Notes: generated by a model from the letters alone, not told the origin. Shown: positions 24,497 to 37,042, counted from the first letter of the stretch. The stretch is DNA of 64,000 nucleotides from Gekko japonicus (GCF_001447785.1 NW_015168709.1:124001-188000); one strand, 5' to 3'. Numbers and translations: made by a program.

Positions 24497-25893
24497 TAGA
24501 TCATCTATTTCCCATCTTGGCTTCTTAAAAACTCTCGGGTTGTATGCCATCAGGAAGTGGAGACTTGGTGGTTTTTAATTTCCCCAGTAGGTCTAGAACT
24601 TCATCTCTGGTCACCTCAATTTGTCTCAGTCCTTCATAGTCCTTTCCTGATAATAGGGGCTGTGGCATGAGTACATGCCCCACACTTTCCACTGTGAAGT
24701 AAAAAAGTAATTGAGCTTCTCTGTCATCTCCCCATCTTCCTTTAGCAAAACTTTTATTTCATTGTCATCCAAAGGCCCCACTGCTTCTCTGGCTGGTTTC
24801 CTGTTCTACATATATATTTTTTAAAATGTTTATTGTTTGTCTTGATGCTTTTAGCAATCCACTCCTCAAAATCTCTTTTTGCATACATAATGATTGACTT
24901 ACATTTCTTTTGGCAGAGCCTGTGTTACCTCCTGTTCAATTTATTGGGGCAGACTTTCCACTTTTTAAAATAACCCTCTTTACTTTTTATCATTTTTTTA
25001 ACTTGCTTTGTTAACCATTCAGGCCTTCTTTTGGACTTGGCAGTGCCTTTCCTAACTTGTGGAATGCATTCTATTTGCACTCCAATTAGTGTGGTTTTAA
25101 ATTGCTTTCAAGCATTCTCTAGGGATTTGACTCTCTTGTATTTCCCCTTCAGCTGCCTTTTTACTATTCCCCTCAGTTTTGTAAAGTTTCCTCTTTTGAA
25201 ATCAAATGTTACAGTTTTGGACTGTAGGGGTAACTTTCCATTGACCTGAATGCTGAATTTAATAGCACTGTGGTCACTGCTCTCAATTAGTGTAACAGCC
25301 TCTACATCTCTCACCAGGTCTTGAGACCCGCTCAGAACCAAGTCCAAAATCACTACCCCTCTGGTTGGCTCTATGACAAACTGTTCCAGTGCACAGTCAT
25401 TTATGATGTCTAGGAATCTCTTTTCCAGAGCATGTCTTGAGCACATGTTTACCCAGTCAATGTGAGGGTAGTTGAAGTCTCCTAGTATAGTAACGTTATC
25501 TGCTTTAGTCACCTCCATTATTTCCTTCTCCATCTGAAGATCAGCCTCAAGAGTTTGATGAGGTTAGTGGTAGTATATCCCCCACTTTTAAATAAGCGTC
25601 AGGGCCCTGTATTTTCACCCATATAGCTTCTTTTGGGGAGTTAATTCCCCTGATGTTTTCTAACATTTGATTCTATACCCTCTTTGATATAGAATGCAAC
25701 TGTTTCCCTAACCCATCCTTCCCTGTCCTGCCTATAGAGTTTATACACAGGAATGACTGTATCCCATCGATTTCCCCATTCCATCATGATTCTGAAATAC
25801 CTACAATATCTAAATTGTCATTGAACACCAAGCACTCCAGCTCCCTCATCTTGGCTTGGAAACTTCTAGCATTGGCATGTAGACACCTATAAT
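24497..25893 (-). mobile_element. CR1 LINE ORF2 5' half (APE endonuclease and linker), decayed
   Basis: YRCLHANARS..GDFNYPHIDW..EPTRG..LDLVL..SSDHSAIKF. Confidence 0.92.
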
Positions 25894-27112
25894 ATGTTTT
25901 CCTCCCCAGCAGCCTTCATACCAGACAGACAAGTCACCATGTGGTCAAAGCACCTGTTACAGACCCCATTCTTTATTTTTCTAATGATCGAATCACCCAC
26001 TACCAGATGCCCACCGCCTCCCAGACAGACCCAGGCAAAACCACCACTCTCCATCAGGCTACAAGCACTTACTCTCCCTCAAACTTTGTCCTCTCTCAAA
26101 GCAATCTCAGTTAATGCTCCCCAGTAGTTTAGCAGTTTAGGAAAGGCAAAAACAACAACAACAACAAACCACCTCACCTTCCCAGCAGCTCTCTCCTTTG
26201 TTCTTTCTCTCAGCCCAGTTAGCTCAGTTCTGTAGATACTCTCTGGTTTGATTTGAGTTCTGTTTGGCTTGGCACATTGGCTTGTGGTTCTGCTGGGATT
26301 ACTGGGCTCTTCAATGGTTCTGATAGGCTTGTTGTTGGTTCTTCCATGGGAGGCATTTGATCAGTGATTGCTACTTGCAGGCATGGCTTTAGCCCTGGAA
26401 GCAGCTTGGAGTCCGTCCCCCCCATAGGCAATAATGGCAAATGGCTGGAGGCACCCTGTTCAGACTCCTTGATCCAGTCTACTTGAAATTTGGTGGTTAT
26501 TTAAGGGACAGGCACCAGCAGCTCTGCTGCAATTTTGGTGCCTTTACCTTTTAAAAAAGCCATCCTCTAGCCACACAGAAAGTTCCCTCATAGGAAATAA
26601 TGGATCTCAAAAATTCAGAAACCTTAAAAAAACCCAAAAAACCCCTGACTCCAATACCATATCTTTATTTGGTATTCAATAGTAACAGGAATATCAATCC
26701 TTTTCAGGTCCAATATACTTATATACAAAAAATACTGGGTGTTCCCCGTACCTCTAATTGTTGTCCAAACATTCAGCACTCGGATACAGTGTCAGTGAGT
26801 TTGGTGCTTTCCTGAAGGCGAAATGCAGATTTTAAAGCACCGAATCAAAGTAACAGAGGCCTCATCTAATCTTCCATCCAGACATCCATCCATTCAAGCC
26901 TTTCCAGCACTATTAGCTTTGAATGTGGAGTTTAAGGAGAGGGATATTGGAAATAAGCTTCTTAATGTGGTGTATTTGCAGTTTATTTGTTGGCATACAA
27001 ATTGTATTTTGTAGACCACTAATCATGTGGTGCTTAATCAAATTTGTCAGCTGCTCTCAAATTACCCTTCTGCTCAATCTCTAGTTTGCTAGGTGAAGGC
27101 ACATAACAGAAA

Positions 27113-27131
27113 AGCGCCATCTACTGCCACA
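27113..27131 (-). promoter_or_regulatory. CTCF-like motif
   Basis: Minus strand TGTGGCAGTAGATGGCGCT, in unique sequence with its CpG retained. Confidence 0.55.
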
Positions 27132-27758
27132 GAGAAATATAGGCGTCACTGTTTTAAAAGTTTGGTTCAGTAATACTGTTTTTCAGCAAACTAATTCTTA
27201 TGGCAATGTCTAAATTTATTCTTCTCAGATTTTGTGGTTTGTAATCCCTTCTACCATTACAACCCACTCTGACAGGATGGGGTTATGTGGAAATGTTTTG
27301 CTTCCGTGTGAGGAATTCTGTTTTCTGCTGTAGATTGACATGGAAGAAGATGATTTTCACCCATTGCAGTGTTCTTCACATGCCGAATGCTGGTGGGGTT
27401 GGAGTTGCCTTAGAGAGAATGTTGGAAATAAACTTTTGCTGTAGCACAGCTCGTGCCTCATTTTCACCAGTCAATAAGGTGTGGCTGGGTGACTGAAGTA
27501 AGACATACTCCACCCTTGGTGTCCTTAATCTGTAGCCTTCCTCCCATTCGATGCTGGCAGTTTAGGAATTGATGGTGGTTTCCTAAAAGAGGCTGAGTGG
27601 AAAGTTTTGAGGTTTCAACCTGGATATGAACTTGACTGAGGGCTTTTTAGTTTCCTATTCTATAGTTTCCTGTTCTGTATTGCAGCATGCTCAGTGTCTG
27701 GCTGGATGGCGATTACTCTGTTCAGATGGGTCACACTGGAAGGCTCAGAGGTGCTTGG

Positions 27759-27964
27759 CAGTGTTCCCTCTAAGCTGAGTTAGTGTGAGCTAGCTCACAG
27801 GTTTTTAGCGTCCAGCTCACACATTTTTGTCTTAGCTCAGGAAGGATGGCTCCAGAGCAAACTAATTGATGCAGCAGCCAAACTGCTCACTCACAACTTT
27901 AGTGCCAGTAGCTCACAAAGTAGAATTTTTGCTCACAAGACTCCACAGCTTAGAGGGAGCATTG
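27759..27964. mobile_element. hAT-type MITE (CAGTGTTCCCTCTAAG family)
   Basis: TIRs as in 16751; 8-bp TSD GTGCTTGG. Confidence 0.92.
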
Positions 27965-29083
27965 GTGCTTGGTGTGGAAATCACAGAGGGGAGAACAATT
28001 GGGAAGGACCCTGAGGTTACTGAACCTCATAAGCAAACCTCTTTTAAATTAGTGGCTCAAGGGAGCTTGGTGAAGGGAGCTGGCTCTGGAGGCCACACCA
28101 AATGCCCAGGGTCTCTGATGAGAAGCCTTGGGCCTCCTCTGCACCTGGTTCTTCTGCACAGTTTTTGAAGAGTTAGGCCAATGCCGATCTTGAGCTTGAA
28201 GCTGGAGTGGAGTGCCCAAATACGGAGTTAAGAATCTTGATGTTTCAGCTTGATGGCTCTCATTTAATTATTGAGATATTGCAATTAGGACTTGTAATTA
28301 ACAAAGTGTGTCCCATAGCTCATCTAATATAATGATCTTGTGTCTATACTCTGGCATATGTGGGGCCAGTGAACAGCCTTCCCCAGAGTGGGCATAGGCA
28401 TTAGTTGTTCATTCTGGCATGGTTGTCACAACTGTCAGCTGTCAGAGCTCAAAATCAGGGAGAGGTTAATTAAATTCAGGCTGACTAACTGTCCTAAGGC
28501 ATCTACTAAAAAGCAGGGCTAGAACAAGCCTTTCTCCACAAGACTGGCACAGAATGGAGTGGGCTACCAAAAAACTTGGAGCACTTAACATGCCTCCAGT
28601 CACACTTTGCAATCGGTGAAGCCGGTGGGGACCACAGTGTGGTACAGTGCCTGGAAACCCTGTTAGTCAAGTTGCTGCATTCCAGTATGCATCGGAAAGC
28701 TTGACATAACAGCCTGAATGAGGCTCTTTCCCCCAGGGTTCAGCAATTAGGCTAGACATACACTTCAGCCATGCTGCAGGTCTTTAATAAAGTTGTGACG
28801 TCGCTTAAAACCCAAACTTGGTTTGTCATCCTTCCTGGAATCCAGGGGCAAACAGAGAGACTCAGTACTATATTTCAAAGATAATTGCCATTGGTGAGGA
28901 TGCATTTGCTGTTAGCCAGCATCACTGGAATCCCAACTGCTGAGAAAGCAGCCATATGGTCTCCTTTTTTACACATGATTAGGTTGACAGCAAGTTTAAA
29001 GGCTAGAAAATTAAACCGCCTCCTTCTGCATGTTTAGGGAAATAAAAGAAAAAGTCACCTGTCCTCTGGGTAACTTGGTTGCT

Positions 29084-29115
29084 GGTGCCACCTGGTGGGT
29101 TTAAGAGAAAATGCA
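29084..29115 (-). promoter_or_regulatory. CTCF-like motif with upstream module
   Basis: Minus strand GTGCATTTTCTCTTAAACCCACCAGGTGGCAC: core CCACCAGGTGGC plus an upstream TGCA module. Confidence 0.6.
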
Positions 29116-29744
29116 CAAACCCCATTCTGCTGGATGTATTTTCCTTTAAAGTTGTCCTGACACTGAGTATGAAGGCGGAATATTAGTATTTCATTAAGAA
29201 GCATACACCTGCTAAATGTTATGTGCCAAATGTAAAAATATTAAGTACATTTGGGATCTCGGTTTCTATGGCAGAAATTCTATCACCAGAAATGGAACAA
29301 AGATTGCAATTTAATAGAGAAGTCAAGAGCCCTTATCTCTTGACAATTCTGGCCTTCCAGTGCAGAAGCTGAGATCAAGAAACAGTGACGCTGAAGTTTT
29401 GTGTGTGTGGGGGTGTAACCTTGGACAATGGGAAACCACCAAATTAATGTCTCACATAAAGCAACATGGGTATTAATGGTAGTTTTAGAAACATGGTTAG
29501 GGGGCATAGGCAAACCTACCTGTGTCACCCCAACATTGGTGACTCCTGGATCAGGCAGGAGATCCCATCTCTTGGCACAGTAATTTCTGAAGGAATACTG
29601 CTTTATATTAATCTACTATTATTGAAGGAGTTACTTGGAGACACTACTAAGCAAGATACAGATACTGGGGTTTCTTTTTCTATTTGGACATTGTGTCCCC
29701 TTTCTGACGGAAATCACTGCAATCCATAGCCCCCTCTTTCCTTA

Positions 29745-29903
29745 TGGGTAGCCATGTTGGTCTAAAGCAGCAGAACAAAGTGTGAATCCAGTGGCACCTT
29801 TAAGACCCAACAAAATTTTATTCAATGTATAAGCTTTTACATGCACACACACTTCTTCAAACACAGTGGAACAGGTCTTAAAGGTGCCACTGGACTCAAA
29901 TTT
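29745..29903 (-). mobile_element. Penelope-like pLTR fragment with inverted partial copy
   Basis: CAGTGGCACCTTTAAGACC and its inverse GGTCTTAAAGGTGCCACTGG; degenerate hammerhead core; same family as 63860-63990. Confidence 0.7.
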
Positions 29904-30956
29904 CATTGTCTGTATGTTTACAAAAACACACACTTCTTGTAATTCTGGATTTTTAGTTTGTGCATAATTACTATGTTTTGTCATGCATCTTTTGGTGAAT
30001 AGAGACAGATAGATAGATATGGCAGAATAAGGCAGGAGGAAACAAGAAGTGAGTCCCTAGAAAGGAACAAGACAGAGAGGGAAATTTCCATACTCTGACC
30101 ACAGGACCCTTGCACACCCCTGCCCCACTATCTGAGCTTTTAACAGAAATTTCCCATATGTTTCATAGGTTTTTAAAACCAGCCATGGGAGATATGAATT
30201 GTGTCCTTTGGGAAGGGGGGAATCTTGAAAGCTGAATTTCTCAAGATCCGTATAAAGCTCTCAGATTTTGGACCACCCACACTTCTAGTCCTCCTGGGTA
30301 TAACACACACACACCTGGAAAACTCACTTTAGACAGTTTTAGAACCAGAGAAAAAATGTTTTGGTAGAAAATGTCAAGAAGGTTTGAAAGTTGATGTAAA
30401 TGAGTGTTAAAAGCCAACCATTTCTCAACAGTTTGAGTAACTGGGTGGGGAAAGCCTAGTCTGGAGGGAAAGATCTCTGTACTACACCTGAATGAACTTG
30501 AATTAGTCTCCTTAAGAGCCAGGATAGTGTAATGGATAAAGTACTGGATTCAGGCCAAGAAGACCTGGGTTTAAGTCCCTTCTCATCTATGAAGCTCAGT
30601 GGGTGGTCCTGAGCAAGTTACCATCTCTCAGTTTAAGCAACTCCAGGGCTGTTGAGAAGATGAAATAAGGAAATCTATTTTATCCGCACAACTGAACTCT
30701 TGGAGAGAAATCCAGACATTTACAGAGGAAATAATATTTCCAGAATAACTCCAAGAAGCTCAGAAACTTCCAACAGATTTTGTGGATCCTCACTGTCCTA
30801 GGTGTCCTAGATGAGGACTAGCACAGCCTACGCAACCTCACATGACCAAAGCTCTTTGGTGAGAAGCTAGTTAATGTGGATCATATCTACCTTTGTAAAC
30901 TCTGAGTTAGGCTACAATTTCCACATACTGGAATATTATTTCCAAATTGTTCATAT

Positions 30957-31085
30957 GTTTATTTATATTCTACCTTTCTTACAACATGGAGCTCAAAATG
31001 GTATTCACAGGATACCAAGGAGGTATCCCATCAGGCACTGACCAGACCTTAACTTCAGTATGATGGCTGTATTATATGCCTTACA
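30957..31085 (-). mobile_element. Old SINE-like element with 5S rRNA-derived segment and L2-type tail
   Basis: CCAAGGAGGTATCCCATC.AGGCACTGACCAGACC..TTAACTTC resembles the reverse complement of 5S rRNA; TTTATTTATATT tail. Confidence 0.45.
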
Positions 31086-31107
31086 ATCATGCCATTGATA
31101 GTTAATT

Positions 31108-32654
31108 CAGGGCTCTTTTTGTAGAAAAAGCCCAGCAGGAACTCATTAGCATAATAGGCCACACCCCTCACAGTGCAGAACTGCCCTCACAGAGGAGGGA
31201 GAGCTTGTACCTGAATAAACCTTGGTCTTAAAGGTGCCACTGGACAATTTTGGATTGCTAGCTGGGGGGGGGACGTGCAGATCTGCCCTCACAGAGGAGG
31301 GAGAGCTTGTACTTGAACAAACCTTGGTCTTAAAGGTGCCACTGGACTCTTTTGAATTGCTAGCTATCTCGAAGTCTAAGGGGGGTCTCTAAGACATTAC
31401 TGGGCTCGAATCTAACAAGTTTCATCATGATATAACAAAAGTAAAACCTAGTATTATTTATTTATTTATTTATTTGGGATTTATATCCCGCCCTACCCAA
31501 GCAGCCCCCCCCAAAAAAATTATCTAAAAATCTCAAGCCAGCTGCACCCCAGATTCAACCAGGGCTGCATCAAGAAAGGGGAGGCGTAATGGAACCAGTA
31601 TCCTGGAGTCTCAGCCACCACTGTTTGCTTGCCCCCCATATGAAATCCCCCTAAATTTGCTTGCCTCCCAACCAGAACCCTACATTTACAGATTTTAAAG
31701 GTACTCTGAAACAGACACACTTCCAACTAGTCAGCAAGAGGTCTAAGAGTGATGTCTAAGTGACCCCCTCCCCACAGGAAGTTCCAGTCTGACCGACTCT
31801 CTCCTCCCCTCTGCGTGCCCCAGCAAGCTTCCATTGGACTTAGCAAACTGCACATCCATGATCCGCTTACTAGAAGGCACACAGAGCAAAGGCAGCTGTC
31901 GGGCGGCCGACAAGCCCTGGCAGGGGGGCAGGGGAGTTCCCTTTCCCAAGCCAGACTCTCTTCAAAGCCCTCTTAAATTTAGAGTCGCACCAGCAAAACG
32001 GCATCAGTGCTGCCACTTGAGCCTCCTGGCCCGTGATTTCTGTTCCCACGCCACTTAAAGTGCACTTTTCTGCTCACCCCGCATCGCCAAAAGTTCCTTT
32101 CTCCTTGTGCACAAACCCCCGCAGCCCAACCCCGATCATGCTCTGTCTTTGTGCCATTGGGCCAGCCTTGCCTTCCTTTCTTCCTCCTGCCACCGCCCTC
32201 TCCTTCCCCCGCCCTGCCAAGTCAACACCCTTCAGCTTCTTCTTCTCCTCCCTCTTTTCGGAGTGCCCGTGGAGTGGAGCTTGTCCCCATCCCACCACAG
32301 CTGAGGAGAAAGTAACCGCCGCCCACCATTTACCGTCGTCTGGAGGAGCTCCTGGCGCCCGACCATGCTGCTGGCTCTGCTGCGTCCCTCTCCAGCGGGG
32401 AGCCCTGCTTGGCGGTGGCGGCCCTGCTGTCAAGGAACAGCCTGGGGAGGAGGCCCTGGGAAGGCGCCCCCTGTCCTGCAGCCAGCTGGTGGTGCTACAG
32501 CCAGGCCGTCGAGCGGGAGGACAACGACCCCAACTTCTTAAAGATGGTGGAGGGCTTCTTTGACCGGGGTGCCAGCATCATGGAGGACAAGCTGGTGGAG
32601 GGCTGCTGGGAGCAGGGGGTGTGGCCAAATTGGAGGGCAGCCAGAACACCGTTA
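31108..32654 (+). mobile_element. Non-autonomous hAT-type element carrying captured DNA (GLUD1 5' end); right TIR lost
   Basis: Left end CAGGGCTCTTTTTGTAGAAAAAG, the internal repeat unit and 24/24 nt at 32598-32621 are all shared with sibling 40135-40552 (reverse complement). Confidence 0.7.
32328..32600 (+). pseudogene. GLUD1: Glutamate dehydrogenase 1 exon-1 fragment, non-functional copy
   Basis: GCCGCCCACC-ATT(=ATG)-YRRLEELL...YSQAVEREDNDPNFLKMVEGFFDRGASIMEDKLVE; frame open for 91 codons; CpG-type changes (RRR to WWC, V to M); truncated mid-exon. Confidence 0.92.
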
Positions 32655-35600
32655 TAATAATACATCTCATTGCACAAATCACATACAATATGTATTTTAC
32701 TTATTTGCATGGAACTCCAGGAATTAGATTAGGCTCCAAGACTCAACTGCTAATTATGGATTGGATCTACTGGAACATTTCTACAGATGGAAGGATTTGT
32801 GCCCACAGAACTTGACTTTCTCATTTTGGACATTTTGGGCAACAACAGGAGGAGGAGACAAGAAAGACAAGCTCTGTGGGAAGAAATCCCTTCCATCCAT
32901 GAAAATGCTCCAGTGTATCCAAGCCCATGAATCTTACAGGGAGAGTTGAGGAACTTTAATCTCCCTACCACTAAGCTGACAAGACTGATGAATGAGCATC
33001 ATCTCCTTTTCCCTCTGAGTCTTGAACAAGGAACTACATCCCAGTTAGTGATGCCCAGCCAGGAAAGTTTGAACAACCATTGGTTCAGCTCATGCTCTGT
33101 TCACCAGTTGTGCACAGGAAGATAATTGTTCAGTGGACTGTTTGTCATCTTGTTCCTGCTCAGCAGGTGGTTTCGCTGGATTTCTTCCGAACAGGTGCAG
33201 TGCAATACAGCTCGCTTTTTCTGCATGCATGTTCTCACACAGCCTAGTTGAGTTCTACCTCCCCCGTCTTTGCTGTGCTGTTGCTACATTTGGCAGGCAG
33301 TTATTTAAATGAACAGTTATATTAGTCACAAATCATAGAAATAAATCATAAATACATGCTGTTTTTAAAATAATCCCACCACACATTGTTCATCCAACTA
33401 ATCTTTGGCAACATTAATGGCTGCTGATCTATTCGAACTAACAACATTCTTGCACATGCGTAGGACTTTTTACTTTTTTTTAGAGAGAAAACATGTTCAG
33501 AAGGTGATTGAGTCATTCGGCACCTTACTAAACAGACCCAGTGATCAGCAACTCTACCCATGTTTGAGCGTCACAGTCAAACATGTTGGTTTCAACTATT
33601 GTACATTCTTATTGCAAAATTCACAGCATCCCTAATCCAAGCCACTGTCTGCAGTATATGGAGCTCCTGCATCAGGGTACTGCTGGAAAGAGGCAAGTGT
33701 ATATCCAGTTGTCCTTTAAATGCCAAGTTGGAGGGAAATTTATCTTTTGGAAGTTCAGACCTTTCTTTAGTACCTTTGAACAGCCTCCTGCTCCTCTTTT
33801 CACCAGGCTAAAGTATTTCATTTTTCTTCATTGTTTTCTTAATTTTCCCTGGCATGAACCATTAATCTGACACAGAGGTCAGATCCAAAAGGAATGAATC
33901 ACATTAGACTATACATGTCCTCGATTAATATTCTCTGTAGAACTTGCCTTCTGTTGTTATCCAACCTTGACATCATGTTAGATTACTAATACAGGATAAT
34001 ATTTTGGGCAGAAAATGTAGTTATTCCTGAACTTAATAACTTTTACCAGCAAGAAGAGAGGAGAGAGTCATACCAGCAGGAAACAGAACAGTCAGCTGTG
34101 CGTGTGTGGACCACATGAATTAGTAATATTTCCTGAAATGAAAGCCAACAGTATTTTTTCATTGCTGACCTTCCTTCCTTCCATCTTCAATTTGTTTGTT
34201 CTCTGCACCCTTCAAAAACAATGGCATAAGGATCGTATAACTCATGCTATCCAAGCCACCCCTGTATAGCAGTGTACAATTTAGAGTGAACCAAAGCAAA
34301 CATGGTACTCAATACATATTTATCTCAGCAGAAGCTGTGGTTGAGGATGAATAGTTTGTGCTCTTTAATGGCATACAGAAAGTTCAGTACAGGAAGGATA
34401 GGAGTNNNNNNNNNNNNNNNNNNNNNNNNNNNNNNNNNTTCAGAACAGGCAAGATAGGAGTTGGCAGCAATGCTAAAGGAGCTGCAAAAAGGTTATACTT
34501 CTGAAAGACTGATTCTGTTCACCAATTGTGTAAACTTGCTACAGTTGGAACAACTCTTCTGTGAGACAAATGGCTACTGTCATGATCAAAGGTGTCTTAC
34601 GTGAGTAAACGTTCATTGGGCAGCAGCTGAAGATGTGAAATGTTGTCACAGTAACAGTTGTTTGTTTTAAAGTTAGGAACTCCATTGAACCTGAAGCCTG
34701 CTGATATGCACAAGTTCTCTTATTCAGTTCTTGCAGTCTCTCTTCTCTCAGGACAGAATCAAAAGTGGTGCTGTAGTTGTGCCAGAATCAGCATGAAATG
34801 CCCAGTGGATGAGGAAGCTGTTTTGTAGCTGGAGGCCGACTGGCCAGCAGTGGTATTAGGGCTACAGAGAGAACGGAGTGAGAACTGCCCTGATCATATT
34901 GTGTTCATCATAAAGGATGAAACCTTGGGATGCAATATTTAGCTAAACTATCTTCCTGTCATAGGTGGGGAAAGGGTGGGATAAATTGAGCATAAACGTC
35001 CTCTCTATTTTAGCTGTACCTTAGCTTTCAAGCGGCCCAGTGGAATTGTCTTACAAGAACGATATCTGACCTAAATGTTTCAAATGGAGACTGTGGTTAG
35101 TTATGATTGCAAGCTTTAATCACCAGTTTGTGCAGCTTTACATGCAGATTCCAAAATCTGAAACCCAAGGCAGCCCTAACTTTTACTGCAAGAGTTAAGT
35201 AAGTATGGCACTTGCATTAATTGTTGTAAATAGTTTTTAAAATGATTGTATGTTGTATTTTTCGTCACCCTCATTCTCAGACAAAAAAGGGGTTACAGAA
35301 ACCTTGTATGTCTTATAGTGAATGCTGTTTGAAGGAATGTTTTCTGCATAGCTGTGGCTTTGAAGGAATCATGTTATATCCTGTCGGAAACATTTTCTGT
35401 GGATTGGTGGAACACGAATAAGCCAGCAGAAGAACTGTATATCCTTAGAACAAATTAACTTCTACTTGTCAAATATTACCACGATGGCCTCATATTCACA
35501 TACCCAGTTATCTGTCCACAGTATATTGAAATTCAGCAGTAGTGACTATTCTGCCTTTTCCCCGTATATGTCTTGCAGTGCTTTCATACCTCCTGATGCC

Positions 35601-36076
35601 TAACAGAAGCAGAATCCAAGTTTCTTGTAAAATAATAAGGTCAAAAGTTCTGAGATAAAGACAAAAACCTGCATCATTGATTTTGTTCCTCCACCCCGCA
35701 ATATTCCAGGACAGGACTTTTAAATTGGGCGAAGGAAAGTCCTTAAACAGTCAATCAATTCCACTTTGTTGAGCCAGCTGTTTATTTGGATCTGATTAGA
35801 CACTAACCTCTTCCAGAGGCTGAAGCAGAATTAATTCTGTAAATAAGCCAAAATTTGCTTAATTTTCATAATGCATAAAAGTTGCAGATTTTGACATTTC
35901 TTGGGGGAAAATTTGTTACTTCGGCACTTTGGTTACCTTATTTTATTAAGTACAATAAACATAACCAGCATTCTCATGAAACTACAATTTGCAGGATCCT
36001 TTGATGGAAATCATAACATGGATAACCTGAATCAAATCAACTTGGATTCAGATTGGTTTATGATTGTGGTGTACAT

Positions 36077-37042
36077 TAGGGATGGGCAAGAACCAAGAAA
36101 ATTGAGGTTCTTCCCGGTTCATGGTTTGTGAGGTCCCACAAACCAGAACTATCCTCCCCCGGTTCATGAGCCAATTCCGTTTGTGAGGTTTGCGGATCAT
36201 CCCTCTCTCCTTTCTGCTGGCAGCAGCTCCCTGAGGCCAGCAGAATGGTAGGGGGGGGGAGATAGTTTATCTGTAGTTTTAGCTTGTTGTTAGCCGCCCT
36301 GAATGGAGCTGCGGTGGCTCAAGTGGTTAAGACGCTGAACTGCAGGCTGTGGAAGGTCAGTAGTTCAGCAGTTCGAGACCCAGGTGCCGCATGATGGAGT
36401 GAGCTCCCATCTCTAGTTCTGGCTCCTGCCAATCTAGCAGTTCGAAAGCAAGAAATTGCAAGTAGATAAATAGGTACCACTTCGGTGGGAAGGTAACGGC
36501 GTTCCGTGCGCCTTGGTGTTTAGTCATGCCGGCCACATGACCACGGAAACGTCTTCGGACAGCGCTGGCTCTTCGGCTTTGAAACGGAGATGAGCACTGC
36601 AACCCTAGAGTCGGACTCGACTAGCTTTCGAGCAAGGGAAACCTTTACCTTTACCTTTAGCTGCCCTGAGCCGGCCATGGCTGGGAGGGCGGGGTATAAA
36701 TATAATAAATAAATAAGATCGTGCAAAAACCATGTAAAGGGAATGTTCCCTTTATATGGCTTTTGCAAGTCATTTCAGCAGTCCCTTTCACTCCCCCTGC
36801 TTCCAAGCAGTTCAGTTGTGAGTTGCCGCTGTGACAGTGTAGCTTGGAGAAGTCTCTTTAAATGCCTTCTCCAAACCCCACTGCTGGTGCCAGCGTGTCT
36901 GTTGACATGAACCACACGAACCCATCTGAAAAGTTCGTGGGGCTTGTGAGGGTGGGATGGCATGAACCAAGGTTCATGAACCACAAACTGGGCCAAGTTC
37001 ATGATGAACTCAGGTTTGTAATTCAGTTCGTGCTCATTCCTA
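36077..37042. mobile_element. TAGGGATG-family hAT-type element with nested L2 tail and Sauria SINE
   Basis: TIRs TAGGGATGGGCAAGAAC / GTTCGTGCTCATTCCTA; TSD GTGTACAT / GTGTGGAT (6/8). Confidence 0.75.
36305..36657 (+). mobile_element. Full-length Sauria SINE
   Basis: tRNA-derived head (TGGCTCAAGTGG, GTTCGAGACCC), (ACCTTT)n tail, TSD TAGCYGCCCTGA (36291-36302, 36658-36669). Confidence 0.95.

Noticed and set aside
29828-29866. Hammerhead in the Penelope-like fragment (minus)
   Set aside because: Core is mutated (TTGAAGA, TAAAAG); a relic only.
31172-31366. CRISPR-like repeat array
   Set aside because: Eukaryotic context, and only two full tandem units with no unique spacers.
32328-32657. Functional GLUD1 gene
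   Set aside because: Start codon is ATT, the exon is cut before IIKPCNHVL with no donor, no downstream GLUD1 exons were recognised, and it shows CpG decay.
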